DNA of 64,000 bases from a bacterium (lineage in GTDB: Bacteria > Patescibacteriota > Minisyncoccia > UBA6257 > GWB1-50-10). The DNA is taken from the NCBI GenBank assembly GCA_021814165.1, contig JAKAIX010000001.1, forward strand, positions 216,369 to 280,368, given 5' to 3'. A program made the position numbers and the translations under genes. This document shows positions 1 to 8,347 of the stretch, one piece after another; positions within the stretch are counted from its first letter, which is position 1; every line of letters starts with the position of its first letter. The notes under the pieces are model-generated. The model made no database searches, had not been told where the DNA came from, and saw only the letters and a list, made by a program, of their open reading frames with translations.

Positions 1-209
1 TCGGGCTTATTCTCACGTTCGGGCTCCTTAAACCGTACTTCTCGGCGAATCCGATTGATTTCCCCTTCTCGGACGGCATTTTGGTCGTTACGCCGTGGAG
101 TGCGGGGATCCGCGTCGCGATTCTTATCATCGTCACGATTCTTGCGGGATTCATCCCCGCGAAACTCATCGTGAGAAAGAATACGCTCGATTCGATTCTC
201 GGGCGCTAA
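1..209 (+). CDS. ABC transporter permease, FtsX/MacB-type, C-terminal fragment (5' end lies outside the window)
   Basis: Frame 3 reads ...VAILIIVTILAGFIPAKLIVRKNTLDSILGR*, a typical FtsX-family permease C-terminus. An ABC ATPase gene starts 14 nt downstream. Confidence 0.6.
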   Translation, partial: GLILTFGLLKPYFSANPIDFPFSDGILVVTPWSAGIRVAILIIVTILAGFIPAKLIVRKNTLDSILGR

Positions 210-222
210 TATAACCACACCT

Positions 223-903
223 ATGATACGAGTACAACAACTCTTCAAAAAATATCAGGATGGCGCGTCGGAAACAATCGTTCTGAAACACCTCGATCTT
301 GAGATCAAGACCGGCGAGTTTGTGGCGATCATCGGCCCCTCCGGCGCCGGAAAATCGACGCTTCTCTACCAACTCTCGCTCCTCGACAAACCCACATCGG
401 GAGAGATATGGCTCGACGAGGTGAAAACCTCGGAACTGAATGAGGTCGAGAAAACGGCCATGCGGCTCAATAAATTCGGATATGTGTTCCAGGATTACGC
501 ACTTCTTCCCGAACTCACCGCCGCGGAGAACGTGATGCTTCCCATTCTCATGCAGGGCTTGGGACATCATGAAGCGCGCAGAAAAGCGGAACGCGCGCTC
601 GGAAGGATCGGCCTCGAGAGTAAAATAAAGAGCCTCCCGAGTCAGCTCTCCGGAGGAGAACAACAGAGAGTTTCGATCGCCCGCGCGATCGCTCACAATC
701 CTATTATTCTCTTTGCGGATGAACCGACCGCAAACCTCGATTCCGCAAACGGCAGGGTGGTCATGGACGCATTCTCGGAAATTCACGACGACAAGCAGAC
801 GATCGTGATGGTAACGCACGAACCGGAATACGCGAAACGCGCGCATCGCATCGTAACGCTCAAGGACGGAAGAATAACTTCGGACGAGCGAGGAGAAAAG
901 TAA
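223..903 (+). CDS. ABC transporter ATP-binding protein (MacB/LolD-like)
   Basis: Walker A GPSGAGKST, ABC signature LSGGEQQRVSIARA, Walker B ILFADEPT, H-loop VTHE. Confidence 0.9.
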   Translation: MIRVQQLFKKYQDGASETIVLKHLDLEIKTGEFVAIIGPSGAGKSTLLYQLSLLDKPTSGEIWLDEVKTSELNEVEKTAMRLNKFGYVFQDYALLPELTAAENVMLPILMQGLGHHEARRKAERALGRIGLESKIKSLPSQLSGGEQQRVSIARAIAHNPIILFADEPTANLDSANGRVVMDAFSEIHDDKQTIVMVTHEPEYAKRAHRIVTLKDGRITSDERGEK

Positions 904-906
904 ATC

Positions 907-1305
907 CTATTCCTTTTGCAGCCCGAGATGGGCGGCAATCTTTCCAATCACCTCCTCAACGGAGGTATTCGATTTTACGAGATATTCGTCCGCCTTGACG
1001 CCCGTCGCTTCTTCGACATATTCCGGATGTTCGTCGAGATTGGTAAGAATAATGACGGGGATGCGCTTCATGCGGGGATCCGCTTTCATCCTTCGAAGCA
1101 CCTCGTAACCGTTCATCTTCGGCATCACCAGATCAAGAAGCACCAGATCCACATGCTCCGTTTCCAATTTCGAGAGACCCGCTTCTCCCGTTAACGCAGA
1201 AATAACTTTTCCGCCCGCAAGCTGGATCCGTTTTTCATACATCCGCTCCAGAAGCTCATCGTCCTCGACAAGAAGAATTGTTTTGCCTCCAAGTTCAACG
1301 CTCAT
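907..1305 (-). CDS. single-domain response regulator (CheY-like receiver)
   Basis: 132 aa. Receiver motifs ILLVEDDELL, LLDLVMPKMNGYEVL and IPVIILTN. No output domain. Confidence 0.85.
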   Translation of the reverse strand: MSVELGGKTILLVEDDELLERMYEKRIQLAGGKVISALTGEAGLSKLETEHVDLVLLDLVMPKMNGYEVLRRMKADPRMKRIPVIILTNLDEHPEYVEEATGVKADEYLVKSNTSVEEVIGKIAAHLGLQKE

Positions 1306-1309
1306 ACTA

Positions 1310-1708
1310 TTACGTCGTTAATTCTTTTATCTTCTCTATTATTTCTTTCGGAGTGTGCTGGCTCTTGATAAGGGAAAGTGTCGCCCCTATTTTGAGGGCC
1401 TCGTTCTCGCTTCCGTCTCCCATGGAGAGGTTCGTGAGCACGATTACGGGAATGTCCTTCACCTCCGGCATTTGTTTTATTCTTTTCAACGCATCAAGAC
1501 CGTTCATCTCGGGCATCATAAGATCCAGGAGTATCACTAACGGTTTTGTCCCGGGAGCGGAGAGTTTCTGGATGGCTTCGACTCCGGTCATCGCATGCTC
1601 AACTTCGAATCCGTTCAGAGTAAGCGCCCGTTCGTAAAGCCGTATCATCAGGGGATCATCTTCGACAAGAAGTACTTTCTTCCCTTCCATACTATCCCAG
1701 TATATCAC
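1310..1708 (-). CDS. single-domain response regulator (CheY-like receiver)
   Basis: 132 aa. Motifs VLLVEDDPLMIRL, LLDLMMPEMNGLDAL and IPVIVLTN. Tandem to the preceding receiver and directly downstream of the histidine kinase. Confidence 0.85.
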   Translation of the reverse strand: MIYWDSMEGKKVLLVEDDPLMIRLYERALTLNGFEVEHAMTGVEAIQKLSAPGTKPLVILLDLMMPEMNGLDALKRIKQMPEVKDIPVIVLTNLSMGDGSENEALKIGATLSLIKSQHTPKEIIEKIKELTT

Positions 1709-3909
1709 ATTTTTTCGGGAAGAGTGAAACTGAACGTGCTCCCCTTTCCTTCTTCGCTTTTTTCGAGCTGAATCGTTCCTCCCATATCCTCAATGAGCAG
1801 CTTCGAAATATAAAGCCCGAGCCCCGTTCCCTTGGTGACGCCCCTCGTCATGATGTTTTCTCCCGCCTGCTGGAATTTCTTGAACAGAAACTGCCTGCTT
1901 CCTTCTTTGATCCCCACTCCGGTATCGGTGACGAGGACTTTCACGGCATGGCGTTCTTCTTTCCTCACCGCGACTGTGACGCTCCCCTTCGGGGTGTAGT
2001 TGATAGCGTTCCCCACGAGATTAAACAGAATCTGCTTGGTACGCTCCTTGTCTCCTACCGCGAGCGGAACGTCCGGTGCGGCATCGAGCGAGAGCGCGAT
2101 ATCTTTCTTTGCCGCGAGATTTCCGAGCTCGTGAACGACTCCCTTTGCCGTCGTCACGAGATCAATGGGTTCTTTTTTCAGATCAATCCGGTGCTGCTCG
2201 ATGTGAGAAACATCCAGAAAGTCGTTTACAAGAGAGATGAGGCGGATGCTCGCATCATGCACGTCGCTTATCATGTCCAGCACTTCTTTGTCTTTGATCT
2301 TCGCTCCATAGAATTCCTGAATCATTTCAATGTTCCCGCGGATCGCCGTAAGCGGCGTGCGAAGTTCGTGCGATGCGATAAGAAAAAATTCATCCCGCGT
2401 GCGTTCAAGCAGCTTCGCCTCGGTTATGTCTTCAACCAAAAGCACATAACCGATAACTTCTTCATGGTCCCGCACCATAACGATCGGGGTGAACACCGCG
2501 CGGAGAATCTTTTTCCCGAACGTCACTTCTTTTAACTCAACGACGTTCCGCGTCCGCATGCACTCCGCCGCGTGCGCTTTGAAATCAAGCGCGCTCTCAA
2601 GCGCCGCAGCTACCGTTTCAACCATCACATTCGTCTTTCCAAGTTCGAAGATGCCGTCCACGGCGGAGTTTTTGAGGATGATATGCCCATGAACATCGGC
2701 GAGTATGAATCCTAAAGTAAGATTATTTATGGATGCGAGAAGACGCGCCTGTTCTTCGCGCAGCTCCCGAATCAATTCCGCAAGACGTCCGGTCATGTCA
2801 TTGAAGCTGCCCGCAAGCTGCCCTATTTCGTCATTCGAATCGACGCGTATATGCACACCGAGATTCCCTTTGCGAATTTCCTCGGCGACGTTACGAAGAT
2901 AAATAATCGGCTTCGTAATCCGTTCGGACAAGAATGATCCGACCACAAGGGCGAGCACCAAGCTGAAGATAAGAATAAGGAATGACAGCTCGGCGAAACG
3001 AATGAGAGCCGCGTACGCTTCGGTGACGGGGACCTCGACTACCACCGCCCAGTCGGGCATGCCGAGAGGCGCGTAGGTGGACACGACATAGGTATCCAGG
3101 ATTCCCTTCGATAGGGTTATGGAAGGACTGGGTAACCCGTTGATAAAATCGTTCACTTCTTGAATGCGCGCAAGATTATCGCGTTGTAACACGCGGCTTA
3201 CGTCGCCGAAAGCGATAAGATTGCCGCCCCGATCGACGACATAGGCGAGCCCGTTTTTCCCGATCGTGAGCTTCCCCACCAGATCCCACATGAATTTCAG
3301 ATTCACCTCCGCAGCGAGCGTCCCCTTTACGTCGCCGAACACATCCTTAAGAGGGACCGCCATGATAACAAGCGGCTCATTCGTAATCTGATCGATGAGT
3401 ACCTGGCTGATATATCTCTTCCCCTGGCCTATCACCGTATCATGGAGACCGGTTTGTATCCTCTCTCCGATTGATTCTTCGGGAACCAAACTCGATGACC
3501 GCGAAACCTTGGAAAGCTGCACATCGGTCATACCGGAAAACGTAATCCAGCGAAACGACGTGTCCGATCCGAGCAATCTTTCAAGCGCTAGCGTTCGCGT
3601 CTCCGGACTCATTGTTGCGAGATTATTGAACCTGGCAGCGGCCTCAAGTTCGCTGAAACGCCCCTCCACGAAGCCCCGCACCGATCCCGCCGCACTGCCC
3701 GCAATGAGCCGCTGCTGCTCTTGAACGGCATCTTTCTCCGAAATAAAACCAAAATACGCTTCAAGAATACTCGAGACGGCAAGCACTACGACTCCCAAAA
3801 ACAAAAAAGCGAGCGTAAGCGTTACTCTCAAACTCCTGAACGGCTTTCCCTGTCGTGAAATTTCTTTGGTAACCATATTCCTGACCCCGTGTATTGTATT
3901 ATACAACAT
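1705..3909 (-). CDS. membrane sensor histidine kinase (TM-HAMP-PAS-like-HisKA-HATPase_c)
   Basis: N-terminal TM helices. H-box ASHELRTPLTAIRGN, N-box NLVGNAINYT and G-boxes DTGVGI / GTGLGLYISK. Overlaps the downstream response regulator by 4 nt, so the three genes form an operon. Confidence 0.85.
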   Translation of the reverse strand: MLYNTIHGVRNMVTKEISRQGKPFRSLRVTLTLAFLFLGVVVLAVSSILEAYFGFISEKDAVQEQQRLIAGSAAGSVRGFVEGRFSELEAAARFNNLATMSPETRTLALERLLGSDTSFRWITFSGMTDVQLSKVSRSSSLVPEESIGERIQTGLHDTVIGQGKRYISQVLIDQITNEPLVIMAVPLKDVFGDVKGTLAAEVNLKFMWDLVGKLTIGKNGLAYVVDRGGNLIAFGDVSRVLQRDNLARIQEVNDFINGLPSPSITLSKGILDTYVVSTYAPLGMPDWAVVVEVPVTEAYAALIRFAELSFLILIFSLVLALVVGSFLSERITKPIIYLRNVAEEIRKGNLGVHIRVDSNDEIGQLAGSFNDMTGRLAELIRELREEQARLLASINNLTLGFILADVHGHIILKNSAVDGIFELGKTNVMVETVAAALESALDFKAHAAECMRTRNVVELKEVTFGKKILRAVFTPIVMVRDHEEVIGYVLLVEDITEAKLLERTRDEFFLIASHELRTPLTAIRGNIEMIQEFYGAKIKDKEVLDMISDVHDASIRLISLVNDFLDVSHIEQHRIDLKKEPIDLVTTAKGVVHELGNLAAKKDIALSLDAAPDVPLAVGDKERTKQILFNLVGNAINYTPKGSVTVAVRKEERHAVKVLVTDTGVGIKEGSRQFLFKKFQQAGENIMTRGVTKGTGLGLYISKLLIEDMGGTIQLEKSEEGKGSTFSFTLPEKM

Positions 3910-3977
3910 GCGGCGAAATACCTCGCCACGAGTGGCGGGATATTTCCAAAAACCGTTGTCTGCTCACGGAGAGTCGG

Positions 3978-6401
3978 CTACTTTTTTCTCTTCTTTACAC
4001 CGACGGAATGCCCTCCGAATTGATTGCGGAGCATCGAGAGAATGCGCCCCGTATAGCTCGGCTTCCTGGACGATTGCACGCGGAATACAAACGAGTCCTC
4101 GATTACCGGCACGGGCACGCGGAGTTTCTTCGCCGTCCGTACAGTCCATTCTCCTTCACCCGTGTGTGCCACCGATCCGGACACGCCTTCAAGAGCGCTG
4201 CCATATAGTTCAATACCGTTTCTCAACCATTCCACCAATCGTGACTCGATTACGCTCCCTCTTCCGTAGACGCGCGCGACTTCCTTCAAGTCGGCCGCCA
4301 AGCCCGATTTTTTCATCACCGCGAATCCTTCCGCAAGCGCCTGCATCATCCCGTACTCGATCCCGTTATGCACCATCTTCACGAAATGACCCGCGCCCGA
4401 TTTCCCCATATACCCGTATCCTCCGCGAAGCGCGAGATCCGCAAACAAGGGCTTCAGATATTCGACTATCGCCTTCTCGCCGCCTATCATGAGCGACGCT
4501 CCGTTCCTCGCGCCGGAGGGACCCCCGGAAACGCCGACATCGACAAAACGAATTCCCGCCTTCGCGAGCTTCTTCCCCCGCCGCATCGAATCTTCAAAAA
4601 AAGAATTTCCACCGTCAATGACAATATCTCCCCGCTTCAGGTGCGCCGTAATGCCCTCTTTCCCGAAAAGCATTTCGTCAACCGGTTTTCCCGCGGGAAC
4701 CATGAGCCACACGATGCGCGGGGCGGAAAGACCCCCGATGAGTTCTTTTACGGATCCGACACCTCGCATTCCTTCAAGCTCGAGACGCCGCACCGACTCG
4801 GGGGTTCTGTTCCACACCGACACGTTCCATCCTTTTTCCCGAAGGCGGCGGGCGATATTCGCCCCCATCTTCCCGAGGCCTACTATCCCTATCTCTTTTT
4901 TAAAATCTAACTTGGAGAACGCGGCATCCATGGCGTCCGCCTCCCTTAACACCGAATCAGAATCCGGCTCATAGCGCGCAAGAGGCGTAAACCCCCGTTC
5001 CCATCCCCGAACGATTGGATCGACGAACTTCCACATCGCACGTATTTCTTCGCTCGAAACGAAAAGCGTTTGATCGTCGGAGATGCAATCCAGAAGAAGT
5101 TTTTCATATTCTTCCGTATATTGCACGCGTGTACCGCTTTTTCTGAAGGTGAAAGCGAAACTTCGTTCCTCAAGCTTCATCGCGTGCCCCGGCTTCTTCG
5201 ACCAAAAGCGAATCGTGATTCCTTCTTTCGGCTCAAGATGTATTATGAGCGAATTCTTATAATGCCGCCCCGCTGAAGGCGGGCACATGCAGGGTGTCGG
5301 GTGGCGAAAAATAATCTCTACTTCTTTCAGCCGCTTTCCCATGCGTTTTCCCGATTCCATGGTAATATCTACGTCTCTCCAGCGCGGCGAGGTGAGTTCC
5401 GCATGCACTCTGAAATAGGTTTCTTTTTCCGAATCCGACGCTACTCCTTTTATCTGCCGATAGCCGTTATATTGGGCGCGAAACGTTCCTCGCCGTATAT
5501 CTTCACGGGAAGGAGTTTTGAGCGCCGAGAGCGCTTTCGCCCGCTCGGTCCGTATGTCGCCCGCGGAAAAACTTGCGGGCTGGTTCATGATAAGAAGCGC
5601 GAGAATCTGGAGAAGGTGGTTCTGGCCCATGTCACGAAGCGCTCCTACACCGTCGTAAAATCCGCCGCGATCTTCGACGCCGATGGGTTCCAGAAGCCGC
5701 ATTCGTATCTGCTCGATAAGTTCGTTCCCCCAGTTCGTCTCGAAAAGATTATTCGAGAAACGAAATGTAAGAATGTTCTGAAGCATCTCTTTCGCGAGAT
5801 AGTGATCAATCCGATAAATCTGCTCCTCGCGAAACAGGATTTTGAGAAGATGTTCAAGCTCTTTCGCGCCCTGAAGATCCATCCCGAACGGTTTTTCGAC
5901 AATCACGCGCGTCCATCCCTCATTAGGACCGCCGCACGGCTTCGAAAGCCCGCTCTTCGCAAGATTACCAAGAATTTCGGGATATAATTGCGGCGGAACG
6001 GCAAGATACAATAATTTGTTCGAGCACATTCCCCACTTCCCGTCTATCGCGCGCAGGGTCTCGGCAAGCGCCATATAGTCCTTGAGGGACCCGAACGCCC
6101 CCTGCACATAAGAGTACAGCCCCGAAAATGCACGGGCATCCTTCGTGTTGCCGCGATTCGCTTCCCCGCGCAGCTTTAAAATTTCAAGCACCCGATTTTG
6201 AAAGTCGCGTTCGCCGATGTCGCGGCGCGCGAATCCCACCACGCGAAACATTTGCGGGAGCGCGCCGCTTTTAAAAAGGCGGAAGAGCGCGGGGGTTATT
6301 TTTTTCGTCATAAGGTCGCCCGTCGCGCCAAAAACGACCACCACGGTGGGGATCGGCGATTGAGGCATGAAATCTTCCATAGAGGTCATTATCGGCTCCA
6401 T
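3978..6401 (-). CDS. bifunctional fusion: glucose-6-phosphate dehydrogenase (N-terminal) and 6-phosphogluconate dehydrogenase-like (C-terminal)
   Basis: One continuous 860-codon ORF. The N half has G6PD motifs VVVFGATGDLMTKK, VIVEKPFG and RIDHYLAKE. The C half has 6PGDH motifs IGIVGLGKMGANIARRL, DGGNSFFEDSMRRGKKL and DVGVSGGPSGARNGASLMIGG. Start chosen at the internal Met MEPIMTSM; the ORF track starts about 50 codons further upstream. Confidence 0.7.
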   Translation of the reverse strand: MEPIMTSMEDFMPQSPIPTVVVVFGATGDLMTKKITPALFRLFKSGALPQMFRVVGFARRDIGERDFQNRVLEILKLRGEANRGNTKDARAFSGLYSYVQGAFGSLKDYMALAETLRAIDGKWGMCSNKLLYLAVPPQLYPEILGNLAKSGLSKPCGGPNEGWTRVIVEKPFGMDLQGAKELEHLLKILFREEQIYRIDHYLAKEMLQNILTFRFSNNLFETNWGNELIEQIRMRLLEPIGVEDRGGFYDGVGALRDMGQNHLLQILALLIMNQPASFSAGDIRTERAKALSALKTPSREDIRRGTFRAQYNGYRQIKGVASDSEKETYFRVHAELTSPRWRDVDITMESGKRMGKRLKEVEIIFRHPTPCMCPPSAGRHYKNSLIIHLEPKEGITIRFWSKKPGHAMKLEERSFAFTFRKSGTRVQYTEEYEKLLLDCISDDQTLFVSSEEIRAMWKFVDPIVRGWERGFTPLARYEPDSDSVLREADAMDAAFSKLDFKKEIGIVGLGKMGANIARRLREKGWNVSVWNRTPESVRRLELEGMRGVGSVKELIGGLSAPRIVWLMVPAGKPVDEMLFGKEGITAHLKRGDIVIDGGNSFFEDSMRRGKKLAKAGIRFVDVGVSGGPSGARNGASLMIGGEKAIVEYLKPLFADLALRGGYGYMGKSGAGHFVKMVHNGIEYGMMQALAEGFAVMKKSGLAADLKEVARVYGRGSVIESRLVEWLRNGIELYGSALEGVSGSVAHTGEGEWTVRTAKKLRVPVPVIEDSFVFRVQSSRKPSYTGRILSMLRNQFGGHSVGVKKRKK

Positions 6402-6465
6402 CCGTGAGAATGGCAAGCAAAGAGAAAAAAACGTATACTTATCACGAAGACAAAAGCGACTGCGT

Positions 6466-7743
6466 ATGTTTAAGGGTGCACGAACATTTTTTAAGGCCGC
6501 GGGTCCCGGTGTCATTACCGGCGCGGCGGATGACGATCCTTCGGGAATCGCTACATACACCCAGACGGGCGCACAGTTCGGCTACGGCCAGCTTTGGACG
6601 GCGGCATTCCTGCTTCCTTTTATGATCGCCACCCAGGAAGCATGCGCGCGCATAGGAGCCGTCACCGGCAAAGGGATCGCCGCCGTCATAAAGGAACATT
6701 ATTCGAAAAAAGCGCTGTATACCGCGCTTCTCTTCGTTATTGTGGCAAATACCATCAATATCGGCGCCGATCTCGGCGCGATGGGGGCGGCGGCGCAACT
6801 CATCATTCCCGTTAATTTCGCCGTGCTTACGCTTCTCTTCACGGCGATCATCCTGCTCCTCGAAATATTCGTTTCCTATCGGCTCTATTCGAGAATCCTG
6901 AAATGGTTAACGCTCGCGCTCATCGCGTATCCCGCAACGCTCTTTCTCGTACAGCAACCCTGGGGGACCCTTCTCCACGCGACGTTCATCCCCCATTTCG
7001 AATTCAGCTTTGCGTTTCTCTTTATTATTACCGGCGTCCTCGGCACCACCATTTCTCCTTATATGTTTTTCTGGCAGGCGTCCGAAGAAGTCGAGGAGGA
7101 AAAGAAACGGCACATGCTGAGAAACGGCGTTCCGCACATCACGAAGAAATTTATTCGCTTTCTGCGGCTCGATACGTTCGCAGGTATGCTCTCTTCGGAA
7201 CTCGCCACGTGGTGCATTATCGCGGTATCCGCGACCGTGCTTCACGGGAACGGTTTGACCGACGTGGGAACCGCGGCAGACGCCGCAAAAGCCCTCGAAC
7301 CGCTGGTACACACCTTCCCGAATGCGGGGCTTATCGCAAAAGCGATCTTTGCGACAGGCATCGTAAGTCTCGGTTTCCTTGCGGTTCCGATTCTCTCGGC
7401 ATCCGCGTCATACGCGCTTTCCGAAACGCTCAATTGGAAAGAAGGGCTGAATTTGAAGCTCAAGAAAGCGCACGGGTTTTACGGCGTGATTACAATCGCC
7501 ACACTGATAGGCCTTGCCATCAACTTCATCGGGATAAATCCCATCAAGGCGCTTATTTTCGCCGCGGTTTTGAACGGCATTGCCGCCGTGCCGCTTCTTT
7601 TCATTATCGCGCGCATCGCACGAAACCAGACAATAATGGGGGTGTACCGCAGCGGAACGCTCTCAACCATTCTTGTCTGGACGACATTCTTTCTTATGAC
7701 GATCGCCGCGATCGCGATGTTCTTCACGATCGGCGGGAACTAA
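6466..7743 (+). CDS. mntH: NRAMP-family divalent metal transporter (MntH-like)
   Basis: GPGVITGAADDDPSGIATYTQTGAQFGYGQLW NRAMP N-terminal signature followed by about 11 predicted TM helices. Start set at MFKGARTFF. Confidence 0.75.
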   Translation: MFKGARTFFKAAGPGVITGAADDDPSGIATYTQTGAQFGYGQLWTAAFLLPFMIATQEACARIGAVTGKGIAAVIKEHYSKKALYTALLFVIVANTINIGADLGAMGAAAQLIIPVNFAVLTLLFTAIILLLEIFVSYRLYSRILKWLTLALIAYPATLFLVQQPWGTLLHATFIPHFEFSFAFLFIITGVLGTTISPYMFFWQASEEVEEEKKRHMLRNGVPHITKKFIRFLRLDTFAGMLSSELATWCIIAVSATVLHGNGLTDVGTAADAAKALEPLVHTFPNAGLIAKAIFATGIVSLGFLAVPILSASASYALSETLNWKEGLNLKLKKAHGFYGVITIATLIGLAINFIGINPIKALIFAAVLNGIAAVPLLFIIARIARNQTIMGVYRSGTLSTILVWTTFFLMTIAAIAMFFTIGGN

Positions 7744-7762
7744 TACGCTCCCAAATTATCCA

Positions 7763-7836
7763 GCATTCATCCCTCCGAACGAGGGTAAGACTTGGCCAAG
7801 CGGCCCGGAGCGCCCGAGCTGAGGAGGGATGAATGC
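7763..7836. repeat. structured repeat copy A: 56-nt core (CCTCCGAACGAGGGTAAGACTTGGCCAAGCGGCCCGGAGCGCCCGAGCTGAGGAGG) enclosed by a GCATTCATC/GATGAATGC stem
   Basis: The identical core recurs in reverse orientation at about 22107..22188 with a different but still complementary outer stem. Confidence 0.6.
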
Positions 7837-7847
7837 GGGATTATCCA

Positions 7848-8291
7848 TCACTTTGTTGCCGTATTCGGTCTGAGTTGAACCGTTTGCGCGGTGATGCTGC
7901 CGTCCTGATTCAACACGCCCTGCACGGTAACCTGCGATCCGAGCGCGAGATCATCTTTCGATCCCTCGACGGACTTCATGACTTTCGTCGCATCGGAGAA
8001 AATGACGATTCTAGAACTTCCATCGTTCAATTTTAGAGTGATGCCGGTATCGCTCTTCGAGAGAATTTCTCCCCCCGCAAAGCCACCGTTCCCCTGGCCC
8101 GAAAAGGATCGCTGCCTGCCGTTTTGCGCTCCTGCCTGCGCAGGCAGGCCCGTCTGTCCCTGGAAAGTTCTCCCCGACCCGAGACCGTTTTGTGAAACCG
8201 AGTTTCCCTTCTCTATCTGCATGCCTGCGAAGAATCCGATTCCACCCGCTACTACAGCGGCAATGATTACGTACCAAATTGTTTTTTTCAT
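7848..8291 (-). CDS. membrane-anchored or secreted DUF5666-like beta-domain protein
   Basis: N-terminal TM/signal anchor and a Gly/Gln-rich linker. The C-terminal ~60 aa domain (...GITLKLNDGSSRIVIFSDATKV...DLALGSQVTVQG...DGSITAQTVQL) resembles the C-terminus of the ORF at 12021..12467. Last gene of the MacAB-like operon. Confidence 0.5.
   Translation of the reverse strand: MKKTIWYVIIAAVVAGGIGFFAGMQIEKGNSVSQNGLGSGRTFQGQTGLPAQAGAQNGRQRSFSGQGNGGFAGGEILSKSDTGITLKLNDGSSRIVIFSDATKVMKSVEGSKDDLALGSQVTVQGVLNQDGSITAQTVQLRPNTATK
8131..8148. repeat. 18-bp perfect palindrome CCTGCCTGCGCAGGCAGG (copy inside a CDS)
   Basis: Exact self-complementary 18-mer. Identical copies at about 27576..27593 and 45596..45613. 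Encodes LPAQAG in frame here. Confidence 0.8.
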
Positions 8292-8347
8292 GTTATTTCT
8301 TTATTGCCACAAAAATCGTCGACCTGCGATCTCTTTTGAACGTAACG

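Noticed and set aside
3978-6560. Possibility that the zwf-gnd fusion is two genes merged by a sequencing frameshift
   Set aside because: Both halves are in one uninterrupted frame with a short natural-looking linker and no stop. This cannot be excluded without reads, so it is kept as a finding with that caveat.
6903-7832. 309-codon Arg-rich ORF overlapping the NRAMP gene in another frame
   Set aside because: It overlaps the clearly conserved transporter frame. Its C-terminus is just a read-through of the structured repeat and matches the C-terminus of the 21965..22195 ORF. It is a composition artefact.
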